The notes under the pieces were generated by a model, which worked only from the letters and a program-made list of their open reading frames with translations, was not told the DNA's origin and searched no databases. Of a DNA stretch of 64,000 nt, positions 30,062-39,947 are shown piece by piece. This DNA is from Rhodobacterales bacterium. GTDB taxonomy: Bacteria; Pseudomonadota; Alphaproteobacteria; Rhodobacterales; CAZPXZ01. The stretch is from contig OZ244777.1 of the NCBI GenBank assembly GCA_965219495.1, forward strand, positions 4,150,419 through 4,214,418. The letters run 5' to 3'. Within the stretch, counting starts at the first letter, position 1, and each line of letters starts with the position of its first letter. Position numbers and translations under genes: made by a program.

Positions 30062-31892
30062 GTAACTGCCCAGCACTCAGTCTCGCGCGTACGTGAAGGC
30101 TGCGCAAGGCTTGCGTTTGAAATTATACATGCTTGGGGCGGGACCGGCGTGGCGGCAGCGGGCAGGGCGTATGGAGCGGTTTAGCATTGGATTTTTCCGA
30201 TCAGTTGGTTCGGCGATGTCATCAAGGTTTCGATGATGTTCCAGCCCTGCTTTCTGGCGGTGGTGATGGCGCTGCGCAGGGTGGCGAAGTCTTGGGTGCC
30301 TTTTGGGGAGCGGAACCCGCCGGAGATTTTCTGGCGCAATTTCCCCATTCGACCATCGCGTTCGGCTTCATTATTGGTAAACGGAACGTCGGCGTCGGTG
30401 AGGAAACGCAAGGTCTCGGTTTTGTAGTCCTGGAGCCGGAGGGCGAGATTGTGTCCGGCGCGGCGTTTCTTTCGCCCGCGTTTGCCGGGCTCCGGCGGCG
30501 CGAGCGGTGGCTGCGCCTCATGAAAGGCGAGCGCCTCGGCGAGGATCCAATCATAGGTTCGCCCGATCCGGTCGAGCAGCGTTTCGGGGGGAGGTCTTGC
30601 CATTGTTCTGGCGAGATGAACGACCCGATTGGCGCGCGACAGGAGCCGGTGCATATGCCGGGCCCAGTCCTCTTTTTCGATGTCGATCAGGGCTTGAAGT
30701 TCGCGCAGGTGATGGGCGTTGCAGAGGGCGTGTGAAACGCCGCTGATCTTGAAACAGGGCTTCCAATGATCGTGAACGACACAACCGGAGAACCCCGCCA
30801 GCAAGTCGCCGCGCTTTTCGTGGACGCGAAACAAGGTCAGCCATGGCGTGCAGGCAATGTGGAGCCACTGCGTGCGCCCGCCAACCCGGAAGCCGGTCTC
30901 GTCGAGATGCTTCACCGGCGCCTTGCGGACGATCAGCTCCCGCACATGGTTGACGAAACCCTGGAACTGCTCGGCCATCCGGCGGCTCATCGCCGCCAGC
31001 GTCGCGGCGCACACGGGCGCGTTGAACAGGTCGGCCATCAGTTGCGACAAACGATCCTCGGGCAGGAAATGCGCATGGCTCAGATAGGCCGCCACCGCCG
31101 CCATGCGCGGACCATACTGCACCGGCGCCGTCACGCCTGCGGGAAACGCCGCCCGTGTCGTCGCGCCGCAATGACCGCAAACGCAACGGTGAGCGCGGTG
31201 CTCCGTGGCCTCGAGGGGGCGCGGCTCCGGCAGGTCGAAGACCTGTCTTGCGACATGGCTTTCATCCCCGTCCGCAGCCGACAGCGGCGCGCCGCAGCCC
31301 GCACAGTGCGACGGATGATGATCCTCGACATGGTCCGGCCTGTCGGTCCGGCGCAAGGTCGAGCCCGCGTGCCCGGGCTGCCCGCCGCTCGGCCTGCCCG
31401 ATTTGCCGCGCTGGCTCCTTGTCCGGGGCTCCGCCCGCGGCTTCTGCAGCCCGTCACTCGAAGGAGGCTTGCTGCTGTTCCGGCTGTTCCGGCCAAGCTG
31501 GCGCTCCAGCTCTTCAAGACGTTGCCGCAGGGTCGCGTTCTCGGCTTGCAAACCAGCGAGCTGTTCGCCTTGCGCCGCGAGTTGCTCGTCCTTTTGTTCG
31601 AGTTGCTCCCGCAAAGCCTCAATCTGTTTCGTTCCGCCATCATCATGCGGCGCCCCTTGCGCCGGGTGGGTCGGCCCTGAAAAAGCCGGCAAGAACCGTC
31701 GGGTCTGAAAGCGAATCGCCATGCCGCTATAAATAGCGCAGGTTGAATTCTGTTACCAGTCCCTGGTGTTACCAGTAATTTTTCGAGAAAGAACTGTTCT
31801 CGCCCGTGTAACCGTCACAACCGGGCAGCATCGACCTTGCGGCAGTGGCGGGCAATGCACTCCGTGGTGCACGCACTTACCTGGGCAGTTAC
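30062..31892 (-). mobile_element. IS66-family element, single-ORF type (1831 bp)
   Basis: IR GTAACTGCCCAG at both ends; 8-bp duplication GATTTTTC at 30054-61 and 31893-900. Confidence 0.93.
30181..31722 (-). CDS. IS66 transposase
   Basis: 513 aa; NSRNSSKPPSSD, GGQPGH.G, HLDETG, VHDHW, LCNAHHLREL, FTNNEAERD. Confidence 0.95.
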   Translation of the reverse strand: MAIRFQTRRFLPAFSGPTHPAQGAPHDDGGTKQIEALREQLEQKDEQLAAQGEQLAGLQAENATLRQRLEELERQLGRNSRNSSKPPSSDGLQKPRAEPRTRSQRGKSGRPSGGQPGHAGSTLRRTDRPDHVEDHHPSHCAGCGAPLSAADGDESHVARQVFDLPEPRPLEATEHRAHRCVCGHCGATTRAAFPAGVTAPVQYGPRMAAVAAYLSHAHFLPEDRLSQLMADLFNAPVCAATLAAMSRRMAEQFQGFVNHVRELIVRKAPVKHLDETGFRVGGRTQWLHIACTPWLTLFRVHEKRGDLLAGFSGCVVHDHWKPCFKISGVSHALCNAHHLRELQALIDIEKEDWARHMHRLLSRANRVVHLARTMARPPPETLLDRIGRTYDWILAEALAFHEAQPPLAPPEPGKRGRKKRRAGHNLALRLQDYKTETLRFLTDADVPFTNNEAERDGRMGKLRQKISGGFRSPKGTQDFATLRSAITTARKQGWNIIETLMTSPNQLIGKIQC

Positions 31893-31899
31893 GATTTTT

Positions 31900-32835
31900 C
31901 TACTTGGAAAGGAAGGCGCCGAGGGTTTCGGATTTGAGCAGCATTTCGCTCCAGTCTGCGGCGCCTTTGGGCCTGAGGCGGCGGATTCTGGGGTCGCTTT
32001 CGGCGAGATGGCGGGCTGCGCGGTCTCCGGGGATGTCGGCGTCGTAGCCACAGAGGATTTGGCTGGGGGTCCATTGGTTCATCCAGGTGGGGATGCGGCG
32101 TGCGAGTCCGGCGGTGGATGCGACGGTGACGGGCTGTTTGGCGAGCTGCCTTGCAGCGAGGGCGTCAACGGCGCTTTCGGCGATCAGGACGGTTTCGGGG
32201 GGGATCGGTCCGGCAGCGATCCAGAATGCGCCGAGGCTTTTGCGGGAACCTGGCGCCATTGTCTTGCGTCCGCCGGGCCGGGGTTCGGCGATTTCGGCGC
32301 CGTTCGGGCGTCCTTCGGCGTCGGCGCAGACGAACACGGCGCGGCCGTACTGGTCGGCGTGCAGCCGCTTGCGCCTGTGGCACTGTTCGAGGAGCGCGGG
32401 ATCGATGCCGCGTTCAGCGGCGAGGGCGTCGCGGAGACGGGGCCATTGCGCGGGGTCGGGGCCGGGAATCCGGATGCGGGGTTGCGGGGGATTGTCGGGT
32501 GCGACGGTTTCAGCCTGCATTCCGGCGAGCCATTCGAGCGCTTCGGGGAAGCTTCGTCCGGTCGCATGGATGACGAAGTCGAGGGCGCCTCCGCCGCCCT
32601 GTCCTGCGATGTGATCGAAGAATTTGGATCCGTTGATGCTGACGATGGAGCCATTGCGGGTCCATTTCGCGCGGTCGCGCGGGTGGGGTCGGAAGCCGAG
32701 GGATTTTGCGACCGTTTGGAGCGGGACGGTCCTTGCCCGGGCGGCTGCTGTGGGCGGTGTTTCCGGTTTCCGTTTCCCTGCGGTCCCGGCGGACCGGGGG
32801 AAACGGAACCGCTCAGGATGCGATCCGGCAGCCAT
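31900..32835 (-). CDS. Toprim/primase-like protein (DUF3991-toprim type)
   Basis: GGGGALDFV.H; VLIAESAVDAL; LCGYDADIPG; KGAADWSE; start uncertain. Confidence 0.75.
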   Translation of the reverse strand: MAAGSHPERFRFPRSAGTAGKRKPETPPTAAARARTVPLQTVAKSLGFRPHPRDRAKWTRNGSIVSINGSKFFDHIAGQGGGGALDFVIHATGRSFPEALEWLAGMQAETVAPDNPPQPRIRIPGPDPAQWPRLRDALAAERGIDPALLEQCHRRKRLHADQYGRAVFVCADAEGRPNGAEIAEPRPGGRKTMAPGSRKSLGAFWIAAGPIPPETVLIAESAVDALAARQLAKQPVTVASTAGLARRIPTWMNQWTPSQILCGYDADIPGDRAARHLAESDPRIRRLRPKGAADWSEMLLKSETLGAFLSK

Positions 32836-33778
32836 TCGGGGTGCTTTCGACGCGGCCCTCGTCGACCAGTTCCTTGAGCGCCTGGACCACGGCCTCGGCC
32901 CGGATGCCGGCCCGGGAGCGCAGCTCCCTTTGCGGCATCGGCGCCTTCGCCTTTGCGAGGACGGCCTCGATGCGCTGGCGGGGGGTGTCGGCGGGGGGTT
33001 GTTCGGCGTCTGCGTCGTCGACATGGAGCGCGAGTTCCGGGGGACGGGCCCTGAGTTCGAGGGCCAGTTCGGGGCCGCTGGGCAGCCCCCGGTGCTCGGC
33101 GTTGAGCAGGATGCGGCGGCTTCCGCGGCGCTGGAGGTAGAGCAGGGAGTCGGCCCAGGCGTGAAGCTCGGTGGAGCCGCGCAGCGCCTGTCCTCCGCGC
33201 CGGTGGCCGTCCTTGCGGGCGTGGTGGACCAGCAGCACGGCGCATCCGAAGCGGACCTGGAGTTCGCGCAGCGATCCGAGCAGGGGGGCGATCTCGCCGG
33301 CCTGGTTCTCGTCGACCGCGTGCAGCCGGACCAGCGGGTCGAGGGCGAGCAGCCGGGGCCGGACGCGTTCGACGGTTTCGGCCAGCCGGACCCGGTCGGC
33401 GGCGACATCGAGGCGCAGCCGGGGGGTGTCGATGATCTCGATGTCGAGGCTGTCCAGGGCGCGGCCTGCGGCGCGGGCGATGCCGCCGAGCCGTTCGCGG
33501 AGAATGTGCCGGGCGTCCTCGGCGGCGAACAGCAGCGCGGTTCCGGGGGCGGCGACGGCGAACCGCCGCAGGCAGCGGGCGCCGGTGGCGACGGCGACGG
33601 CGATGTCGAGCGCCAGGAAGGACTTGCAGCACTTCGGCTCGCCGCCGATGATGCCCACCGCCTGGTCGCCCCAGAGCTGCTCGACCAGCCACTTCTCCGG
33701 CTCCGGCCTGGCCTCCAGGTCGGCCGGGCGGAAGGTGGGGAAGCCGCGCCGCCTGGCGCCATTGCCGGGCGGACTCAT
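32813..33778 (-). CDS. RecA/RepA-like AAA_25 helicase with C-terminal wHTH
   Basis: WLVEQLW; GGEPKCCKS; LALDPL; LVHHARK; LRGSTELHAWAD; ATG overlaps the ExeA stop. Confidence 0.85.
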   Translation of the reverse strand: MSPPGNGARRRGFPTFRPADLEARPEPEKWLVEQLWGDQAVGIIGGEPKCCKSFLALDIAVAVATGARCLRRFAVAAPGTALLFAAEDARHILRERLGGIARAAGRALDSLDIEIIDTPRLRLDVAADRVRLAETVERVRPRLLALDPLVRLHAVDENQAGEIAPLLGSLRELQVRFGCAVLLVHHARKDGHRRGGQALRGSTELHAWADSLLYLQRRGSRRILLNAEHRGLPSGPELALELRARPPELALHVDDADAEQPPADTPRQRIEAVLAKAKAPMPQRELRSRAGIRAEAVVQALKELVDEGRVESTPNGCRIAS

Positions 33779-34599
33779 CGCCGCGCCCGGGCGGTGTCGG
33801 GATAGGCCTTGAAGTAGAGCGCCATGTCGATCCGGTCCTCTTCGCGTTCGGCGGCGGACCTGAGCAAGGCGTCGCCCATGATGGTGAGGGAACGCAGGTT
33901 GCCGCCGCAGTGGGCGCACAGGGTGTGCTTCAGTTCGGCGTCCATCAGGCCGGGGTTGCCGGCCTGCTCCAGCATGTGGTCGAGGCTGGCCTCGAGGTCG
34001 GCCGGCTCGGCGAAGCCGAGGTTGAGCCGCAGGCGGACGCGGGACAGCAGCGGCAGCAGGTCGGGCCGGCGCATGCGCGCCAGCAGTTGGGTGTCGCCGG
34101 CCAGGATGACGGCGAGGATGCTGCGCGAATCGAACTCGGTGGAGGACAGCAGCCGCAACTCGCCCAGCACTTCCGGGGCTGCCGCCTGGGCCTCGTCGAT
34201 CAGCAGCACGGGGCGCAAACGGGTGCCGTCGAGATGCGCCGCCCAACTCTCGCGGAGGCCCTTGAAGCCGGACCACAGGTTGCCGGCCAGCATGCCGACG
34301 CCGAACAGTTCCGCCATCTCCCGGTAGAAGTTCGAGAGGCTGGCGCTGGCGTGGCTCAGGGAGGCGGTCTTGAGGTCGGCGCGCCGGGACAGCGCCTCGC
34401 CGACGATGCGCAGCGCGGCGCTCTTTCCGGTGCCGGGTTCGCCGCTCACCATCGCGAAGCCGCCATGCGCCAGCAGGTGGTTCTCGACCTGCCAGCGGAA
34501 GCTGGCGATCTGCGGCGTCTCGCGCAGGGCCGAGGTCGGCGCATCCGGCAGGAACGGATTCCATTTGAGCCCGAAACGGGCGTGCAGCCTATGATCCAT
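33775..34599 (-). CDS. ExeA/TnsC-like AAA+ ATPase (transposition helper)
   Basis: 274 aa; FGLKWNPF; GEPGTGKS; LLIDEAQ; ILAGD; GNLRSL. Confidence 0.9.
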   Translation of the reverse strand: MDHRLHARFGLKWNPFLPDAPTSALRETPQIASFRWQVENHLLAHGGFAMVSGEPGTGKSAALRIVGEALSRRADLKTASLSHASASLSNFYREMAELFGVGMLAGNLWSGFKGLRESWAAHLDGTRLRPVLLIDEAQAAAPEVLGELRLLSSTEFDSRSILAVILAGDTQLLARMRRPDLLPLLSRVRLRLNLGFAEPADLEASLDHMLEQAGNPGLMDAELKHTLCAHCGGNLRSLTIMGDALLRSAAEREEDRIDMALYFKAYPDTARARR

Positions 34600-35198
34600 C
34601 GCCGTCCTCCTCTTCGATCTCGTCGCACGGAACGTAGGGCGGCGGCAGGCCGGTGGCCGCGAACTCCTCGAGCATCCGTTTCAGCAGCGGCGCGTCGTCG
34701 CCGCCATCCGCGCGTTCTTCCGGGGCGTCCGCTGCGGGATCGATCCGCCGTCGCCGGCCGTCGGCGTTGGCCGCCAGGTCGACCGGAAGCAGCCGGCACA
34801 TCTCCGCGCCGCGCGGGTCGACGGCGGTGGCCGTCGACAGGTCCCAGCGGGCGAAACGCACCCGCAGCTTGCGCAGGCGCCGGAAGCGGGAGGGAACCTC
34901 GAAGCGGACACCCCGGAGCGACACCGTGCCGTCCGTCCGCCGCTGGGTGCGGTACTCCTGCAGGCGGAACGACGCCCGCAGGGCCTCCGGGCCGGGACAC
35001 GGGCGACCGGCATCGGGGCCCGCGAGCAACCGCTCCAGCGGCGTCGAAGCGATGCTGCGGTGGCGGCGCCGGTTATAGTCGCCCTCGGCCCACACCGAAG
35101 TGATGCGGTTCAGTTCCGACAGCGTCAGCTCCCGGCAGCCGCCGATCATCGGAAGCAACCGGCTTTCAACCAAGCCCCGGAAGGCTTCCACTTTACCG
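34589..35198 (-). pseudogene. Mu/TnsB-like DDE transposase, C-terminal piece
   Basis: NGKVEAF..., YNRRRHRSI..TPL, RTQRRTDGTVSL.GVRFEVP (Mu-transposase C-like). Confidence 0.88.
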
Positions 35199-35199
35199 T

Positions 35200-35502
35200 T
35201 TGAGTGAACAGACAAGTGCACCTGAAGGTCACGGTGCGACGACGGCTTTCACGGTCACTCACCCGTTTCATCCGCTGAACGGCCGCACCTTCGATCTCCT
35301 GGAGATCAAGCTCTGCTGGGGTGAGATGCGCGTCTACTGGCTTGACGAGGCCGGTGGTGTGCGGCGCATCCCGTTGTGCTGGACCAGTCTGGAGACGCCG
35401 GACCCCTTTGTGGCGGTGTCGGCCGGACGCTCCGCGTTCCGTGTCCTGGATCTTCTGGCGCTGAGCGACCTTGTCGCCTCGCTGCGCGGGGACGTGTCAT
35501 GA
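35200..35502 (+). CDS. DUF5372 (Y4bD-like) small protein, lacks an ATG start in the integrated state
   Basis: VTHPFHPLNG..F...WTS..PDPF...AGRS.FRV.DLL.L. Confidence 0.75.
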   Translation: MSEQTSAPEGHGATTAFTVTHPFHPLNGRTFDLLEIKLCWGEMRVYWLDEAGGVRRIPLCWTSLETPDPFVAVSAGRSAFRVLDLLALSDLVASLRGDVS

Positions 35503-35709
35503 CTGTCAAAGAGATTATGCCGCAATATGTAAGAACATTTATGCCGATGTATGGTGACGTGCCCCAGGCGATCATCGGATCGGTTGATGTCGACTGCATC
35601 GCAACTCGCTGTTGTTGGCGTATAATCCCCAATGAACAGTGCGAGAAGCTTGACGACGCCCTCCTGGTGCGGCATATATATAATGACAGTTTCGCGAAAG
35701 GAACCCCCC

Positions 35710-36165
35710 ATGCCGAAGAGCGACGACAAGACATCAAACCTCAAGAAGCATGGCGCCCTCAACCGGCATCCCGAACAGGTGCGCGACCCCCTGTTCCTCG
35801 AAGAGGCCTTCTTCGATCCATGCGACCTCGTTCAGGTCCGCTACGAGATGCTGCGGCGGGTCACGAAGGACGGGCAGCCGGTGAGCAAGAGCGCGCGCAC
35901 CTTCGGTGTCTCCCGGCCCACCTGGTACCAGGCAGCAAAAGCCTTCGAGGCCGGGGGCCTGCCGGCCCTTCTCCCCGAGAGACCGGGACCAAGACGCGCC
36001 CACAAGCTCGACGAGGCCGTGGTCAGGGCGCTCATCAAGGCGCGCTCGGCAACGCCCGCCATCACCACCGCAGAACTCGTCGCCCTGGTACGCGAACGCT
36101 TCGCTCTTTCCGTTCACCGCCGCAGCATCGAACGGGCTCTGTCCCGTGCCAAAAAAAACCTCTGA
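35710..36165 (+). CDS. HTH protein of the LSR element
   Basis: FFDPCDLVQVRYEMLR; FGVSRPTWYQ; GPRRAHKL; VHRRSIERAL. Confidence 0.85.
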   Translation: MPKSDDKTSNLKKHGALNRHPEQVRDPLFLEEAFFDPCDLVQVRYEMLRRVTKDGQPVSKSARTFGVSRPTWYQAAKAFEAGGLPALLPERPGPRRAHKLDEAVVRALIKARSATPAITTAELVALVRERFALSVHRRSIERALSRAKKNL

Positions 36166-36449
36166 AGACACCGCCGCCGTGTGTCGACCCACAACACACG
36201 ACCGGGGAATACGAACATCTGCGCCAATCCAGAGAACACGCCGACAGCATCGCCAGACACCGCGGGCTCGCCATCCTGACCGGCCACGGCATGGCAGCGT
36301 GGCTCGCCATCCTCGGCCAGGCGGCAGCACCCCCGGAACGCCGTCACGATCCCGCAATGCGCCTTTCCCGGGATCTCGAAGCCGGTCTGATCGACATCAT
36401 CGTCGCCATTGCCATGAACCAGACAAGGGAGACCCGCCATGAGCCGTGA
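36150..36449 (+). CDS. Small accessory ORF without a clear start (possible -1 frameshift fusion to the HTH protein)
   Basis: YEHLR...GLAILTGHGMAAWL; opens in the -1 frame at an A8 run. Confidence 0.55.
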   Translation, partial: QKKPLKTPPPCVDPQHTTGEYEHLRQSREHADSIARHRGLAILTGHGMAAWLAILGQAAAPPERRHDPAMRLSRDLEAGLIDIIVAIAMNQTRETRHEP

Positions 36450-38523
36450 GAACCACAAGGTGACGGAGCGTCATCTGGCCCGCAACGCCTATCTCTACAT
36501 CCGCCAGTCGACCCTGCGACAGGTGGTCGAGAACACCGAGAGCACACGGCGCCAGTACGAACTGCGCGATCGTGCCCATGCGCTCGGATGGCCGATCGAG
36601 AAGGTCATGGTCATCGACTCCGATCTCGGTCAGTCGGGTGCGGACCGGGACCGCGCCGGCTTCAAGAACCTGGTCGGCGAAGTCTCCGTGGGTCATGCCG
36701 GCATCGTCCTCGGTCTCGAGGTCTCCCGGTTGGCCCGCAACTCCAGCGACTGGCACCGGCTGCTCGAGTTCTGCGCCCTGACCGACACCTTGATCCTCGA
36801 CGAGGACGGTGTCTATGACCCCTGTGACTTCAACGACCGCCTCATCCTGGGGCTCAAGGGCCAGATGTCGGAAGCCGAGCTTCACATGCTGCGGGCGCGC
36901 CTGCAGGGCGGCATTGCCAACCGGGCGAAGCGTGGCGAACTCAAGGTGCGCCTGCCCGTCGGCCTGGTCTATGATCCGCTCGACCGGGTGGTTCTCGATC
37001 CCGATGCCCAGGTGCGCAACAGTGTTACGCTGCTGTTCGAGACCTTCATGCGCACCGGATCGGCGATGGCCACCGTCAAGGCGTTCCGCGCCACCGGACT
37101 GAAGTTCCCCCGAAGGCCGTGGAGCGGCCCGCACAAGGGCACACTGCACTGGGACGAACTGTTGCATTCGCGGGTCCTGCAGGTTCTCCACAATCCCCGC
37201 TACGCTGGCGCCTTCGTGTTCGGCCGCCAACGAAGACGGCGTCTGCCTGACGGCACGTTCGCCTACAGGCGCGGATCCCACGAAGAGGCCACCGTGCTGC
37301 TGCGCGACTGTCATCCCGGCTACATCACCTGGGAGCGCTTCGAGGCCCACCAGCAACGCCTTGCCGAGAACCGGACATCCGGCGCGGACAGCCGGCGACC
37401 GCCGCGCGAGGGACCGGCTCTCCTCCAGGGCCTCGCGCTGTGCGGCCTGTGCGGCAGCAAGATGGCGGTCAGCTATCATCTGCGCCGCAACTGTCAGGTT
37501 CCGGACTACATCTGCCAGCGTCAGACCCTCGATCACAGCCTGAAGGCGTGCCAGCGTGTGCCGGGTCGGCGCATCGATCAGGCGATCGCAGAGTTGCTTG
37601 TCGACCTCATGACACCGACGACACTGGAAGTGGCGTTGCGCGTGCAACAGGACCTCGAGGCACAACTCGAGCAGATCGATGTCTGGCGCCGCCAGCAGGT
37701 GCAGCGTGCCCGCGAAGAGGTCGATCTCGCACGCCTGCGGTTCATGAACACCCATCCCGACAATCGCATGGTCGTCGATGCCCTGGAAGCTGAATGGGAC
37801 GCGAAGCTGCGCTATCTCGACACGGTGCGCCACGACTGCGACCGGCGCCGGGACGAACAGCGCAGGCAGCTCGAGACCGGCGAACGCGAGCGCATCCTCG
37901 AGCTTGCCTGCGACTTCCCGAAACTGTGGCGCGACCCGGCAACTCCGGACCGTGAACGCAAGCGCATGATCCGGCTCCTGGTCGAGGACATCACCATCAC
38001 CGGCGGTGAAGAGATCGGACTCGACATCCGGCTGCGTGGCGGCGCCACGCGCCGGATCGCTGTCACGCCGGACCCGCCGAGATGGAAGACGATGGTCACC
38101 CCGCCCGGCGTGATCGATCGGATCGATGCATTGCTCGACGCTCACAGCGACGGCGCGATTGCCGATCTCCTCAACCAGCAGGGCTATCGGAGCGGGACTG
38201 GCCAGCTCTTCAACAAGAAACTGATCCAGGCCTTGTGCTGGCGCCGTGGTCTGAAGACCCGTTACAAGCGTCTGCGCGAACGCGGCCTGTTGACGCGCGA
38301 GGAAATGGCGCAACGCCTCGACATCCAACCACTCACGGTGGTGCTATGGCGCCGACAGGGCCTGCTCGTCGGTCATCCATGGAACGACAGGAACCAGTGT
38401 CTCTACGAGATGCCGGACCCCCCACCCGTCAGAAACACGCACAAGCTCGCCCGGATGCAAAGAGCCGCGTCGGATCACGCTCACCAGAGTGCGCAGGATC
38501 CGGCCAGGCAGGAAGAACGATGA
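36439..38523 (+). CDS. Large serine recombinase (resolvase, recombinase and Zn-ribbon domains)
   Basis: 694 aa; AYLYIRQST, DSDLGQSG, EVSRLARN, HNPRYAG, CGLCG...C...C. Confidence 0.95.
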   Translation: MSRENHKVTERHLARNAYLYIRQSTLRQVVENTESTRRQYELRDRAHALGWPIEKVMVIDSDLGQSGADRDRAGFKNLVGEVSVGHAGIVLGLEVSRLARNSSDWHRLLEFCALTDTLILDEDGVYDPCDFNDRLILGLKGQMSEAELHMLRARLQGGIANRAKRGELKVRLPVGLVYDPLDRVVLDPDAQVRNSVTLLFETFMRTGSAMATVKAFRATGLKFPRRPWSGPHKGTLHWDELLHSRVLQVLHNPRYAGAFVFGRQRRRRLPDGTFAYRRGSHEEATVLLRDCHPGYITWERFEAHQQRLAENRTSGADSRRPPREGPALLQGLALCGLCGSKMAVSYHLRRNCQVPDYICQRQTLDHSLKACQRVPGRRIDQAIAELLVDLMTPTTLEVALRVQQDLEAQLEQIDVWRRQQVQRAREEVDLARLRFMNTHPDNRMVVDALEAEWDAKLRYLDTVRHDCDRRRDEQRRQLETGERERILELACDFPKLWRDPATPDRERKRMIRLLVEDITITGGEEIGLDIRLRGGATRRIAVTPDPPRWKTMVTPPGVIDRIDALLDAHSDGAIADLLNQQGYRSGTGQLFNKKLIQALCWRRGLKTRYKRLRERGLLTREEMAQRLDIQPLTVVLWRRQGLLVGHPWNDRNQCLYEMPDPPPVRNTHKLARMQRAASDHAHQSAQDPARQEER

Positions 38524-38597
38524 CGCCTCGAGCCTGCGCATCAACGACAACGTTATCGTGTGCTGCCGAAGCCGGGCACGCGGACAAGGAGAACACG

Positions 38598-38885
38598 ATG
38601 GCCCTCAGCCCCGCAGAGAAGCAGCGCCGCTACCGTGAGCGTCTCAAGGCCGGCGCCAGACCGGTCCACTATCGATGCCCCCGGGACAGGCGCTCAAGGC
38701 CGCAACGCTGGAAGGATGCCGTGGAGATCCTGATCGCCCTGCAGGAGCACTACAGGACATGGCTCGAAGCCCTGCCGGAGAGCCTCCACGACACGACGGT
38801 CCACGCGATGCTGGAGACGATCAGCGATCTCGACCTCGAGGAACTCCGGGACGTCGAACTGCCCCGCGGATATGGACGCGACTGA
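38598..38885 (+). CDS. Small hypothetical protein
   Basis: 95 aa; AGGAG RBS; MALSPAEKQRRYRER...LPRGYGRD. Confidence 0.7.
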   Translation: MALSPAEKQRRYRERLKAGARPVHYRCPRDRRSRPQRWKDAVEILIALQEHYRTWLEALPESLHDTTVHAMLETISDLDLEELRDVELPRGYGRD

Positions 38886-39072
38886 TGACACCCGATACGG
38901 TCACGTTACCATGTACGGTTGAAATCCCGGTCGCCACCAACGCAGTTCCAACCGACGGCGGGGCGGACGCGAACCTTGAGTACAACGGCACGGGAACGGC
39001 TCTGATCAATCAAACATGTTCCCATCGAACCCATGGAGTGCAGTATGAATCACAGTCCTTCTGCTGCGGACT

Positions 39073-39933
39073 CTAGGGACGCGTCGTCACCCGCAGAATG
39101 CCGAGTTCCTCAAGCCCGTTCACCACCTCGCCGGCCGCCATCGCCGAGCCGTTGTCGACCATCAGGGACCTGGGACAAGTGCGCTTGAGAAGCGCCTGCA
39201 CAAGGCCGTGAACAAAGCTCCGGGCGCTCTCCGAGAAGTACCATTGCCCATGGCAGAGAAGCCGCGAACGGTCGTCGATGAACGTCAGCAGCACCGGCTT
39301 GATCCATTCGCCGCTGCGCCGCAGCACCCGCAGCGAGCCCGTGTGGAAATCCGCATGCCACAGGCCATGCACCCGCTCGACCTCGTAGCCGCGGGTCTCC
39401 AGCTGCGAGCGCCGCCGCAGCGCCGCCGCCTCGCCGGCAAGCATGCGCCGTCCGGGCCGCGTCCGTCGCAACCCCTCCGCCCGCATGAAGCGCAGCACCG
39501 ACGGATAGGACGGAAGCGGGCTGAACGCCGGGTCGGCGCCGGCGACCACGACCAGGTTGTCGTAATGCAGCTGCACCGTCCAGCCGGGATGCGCGGCGTA
39601 CTGGCGGCGCAGCGTCTCCGCGATCCGCGGGGTGAACGAGCGCTGGAAGCCGGCGTCGGAGCGCCGGCGCTTGCAAAGCGCCCCCACCGGATCGCTGTCC
39701 TCCGCCCGCGCCAGGTAGTACCACCGCTCGATGGTCGCCGCCGCGAACCGCACCGGCTCCGCCGTCGCGGGGTGGCGCCAGTCCCGGGACGCCAGGCGCT
39801 CGAACTCGCGCCCCAGCCCGCCGGCCGCCGGCGGCGACGCCAGAAGCGGCCCCACGATCGAGAAGCGCAGCCGCGCCCAGCCGTCCCGTCCACCGTTGCC
39901 TCCGTCCATTCCGTCCCCCTTCCTTGCAAGCAA
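39073..39933 (-). pseudogene. Mu/TnsB-like DDE transposase, N-terminal piece
   Basis: LRFSIVGPLL; HTH; WHADF; FIDDRSR; VDNGSA; ends P*SPQQ with TAG in place of Tyr. Confidence 0.88.
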
Positions 39934-39947
39934 AGTCTCCGGAGAAC

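Larger units (their letters stand above)
35201..39058 (+). mobile_element. Large-serine-recombinase element (3858 bp) flanked by TT dinucleotides
   Basis: TT at 35199-200 and 39059-60; removing it rejoins the transposase as ...CAG CAG AAC GGT AAA (QQNGK). Confidence 0.88.

Noticed and set aside
31900-34564. 620-aa and 583-aa ORF calls
   Set aside because: Over-extended starts; the real genes begin near 32835 and 33778
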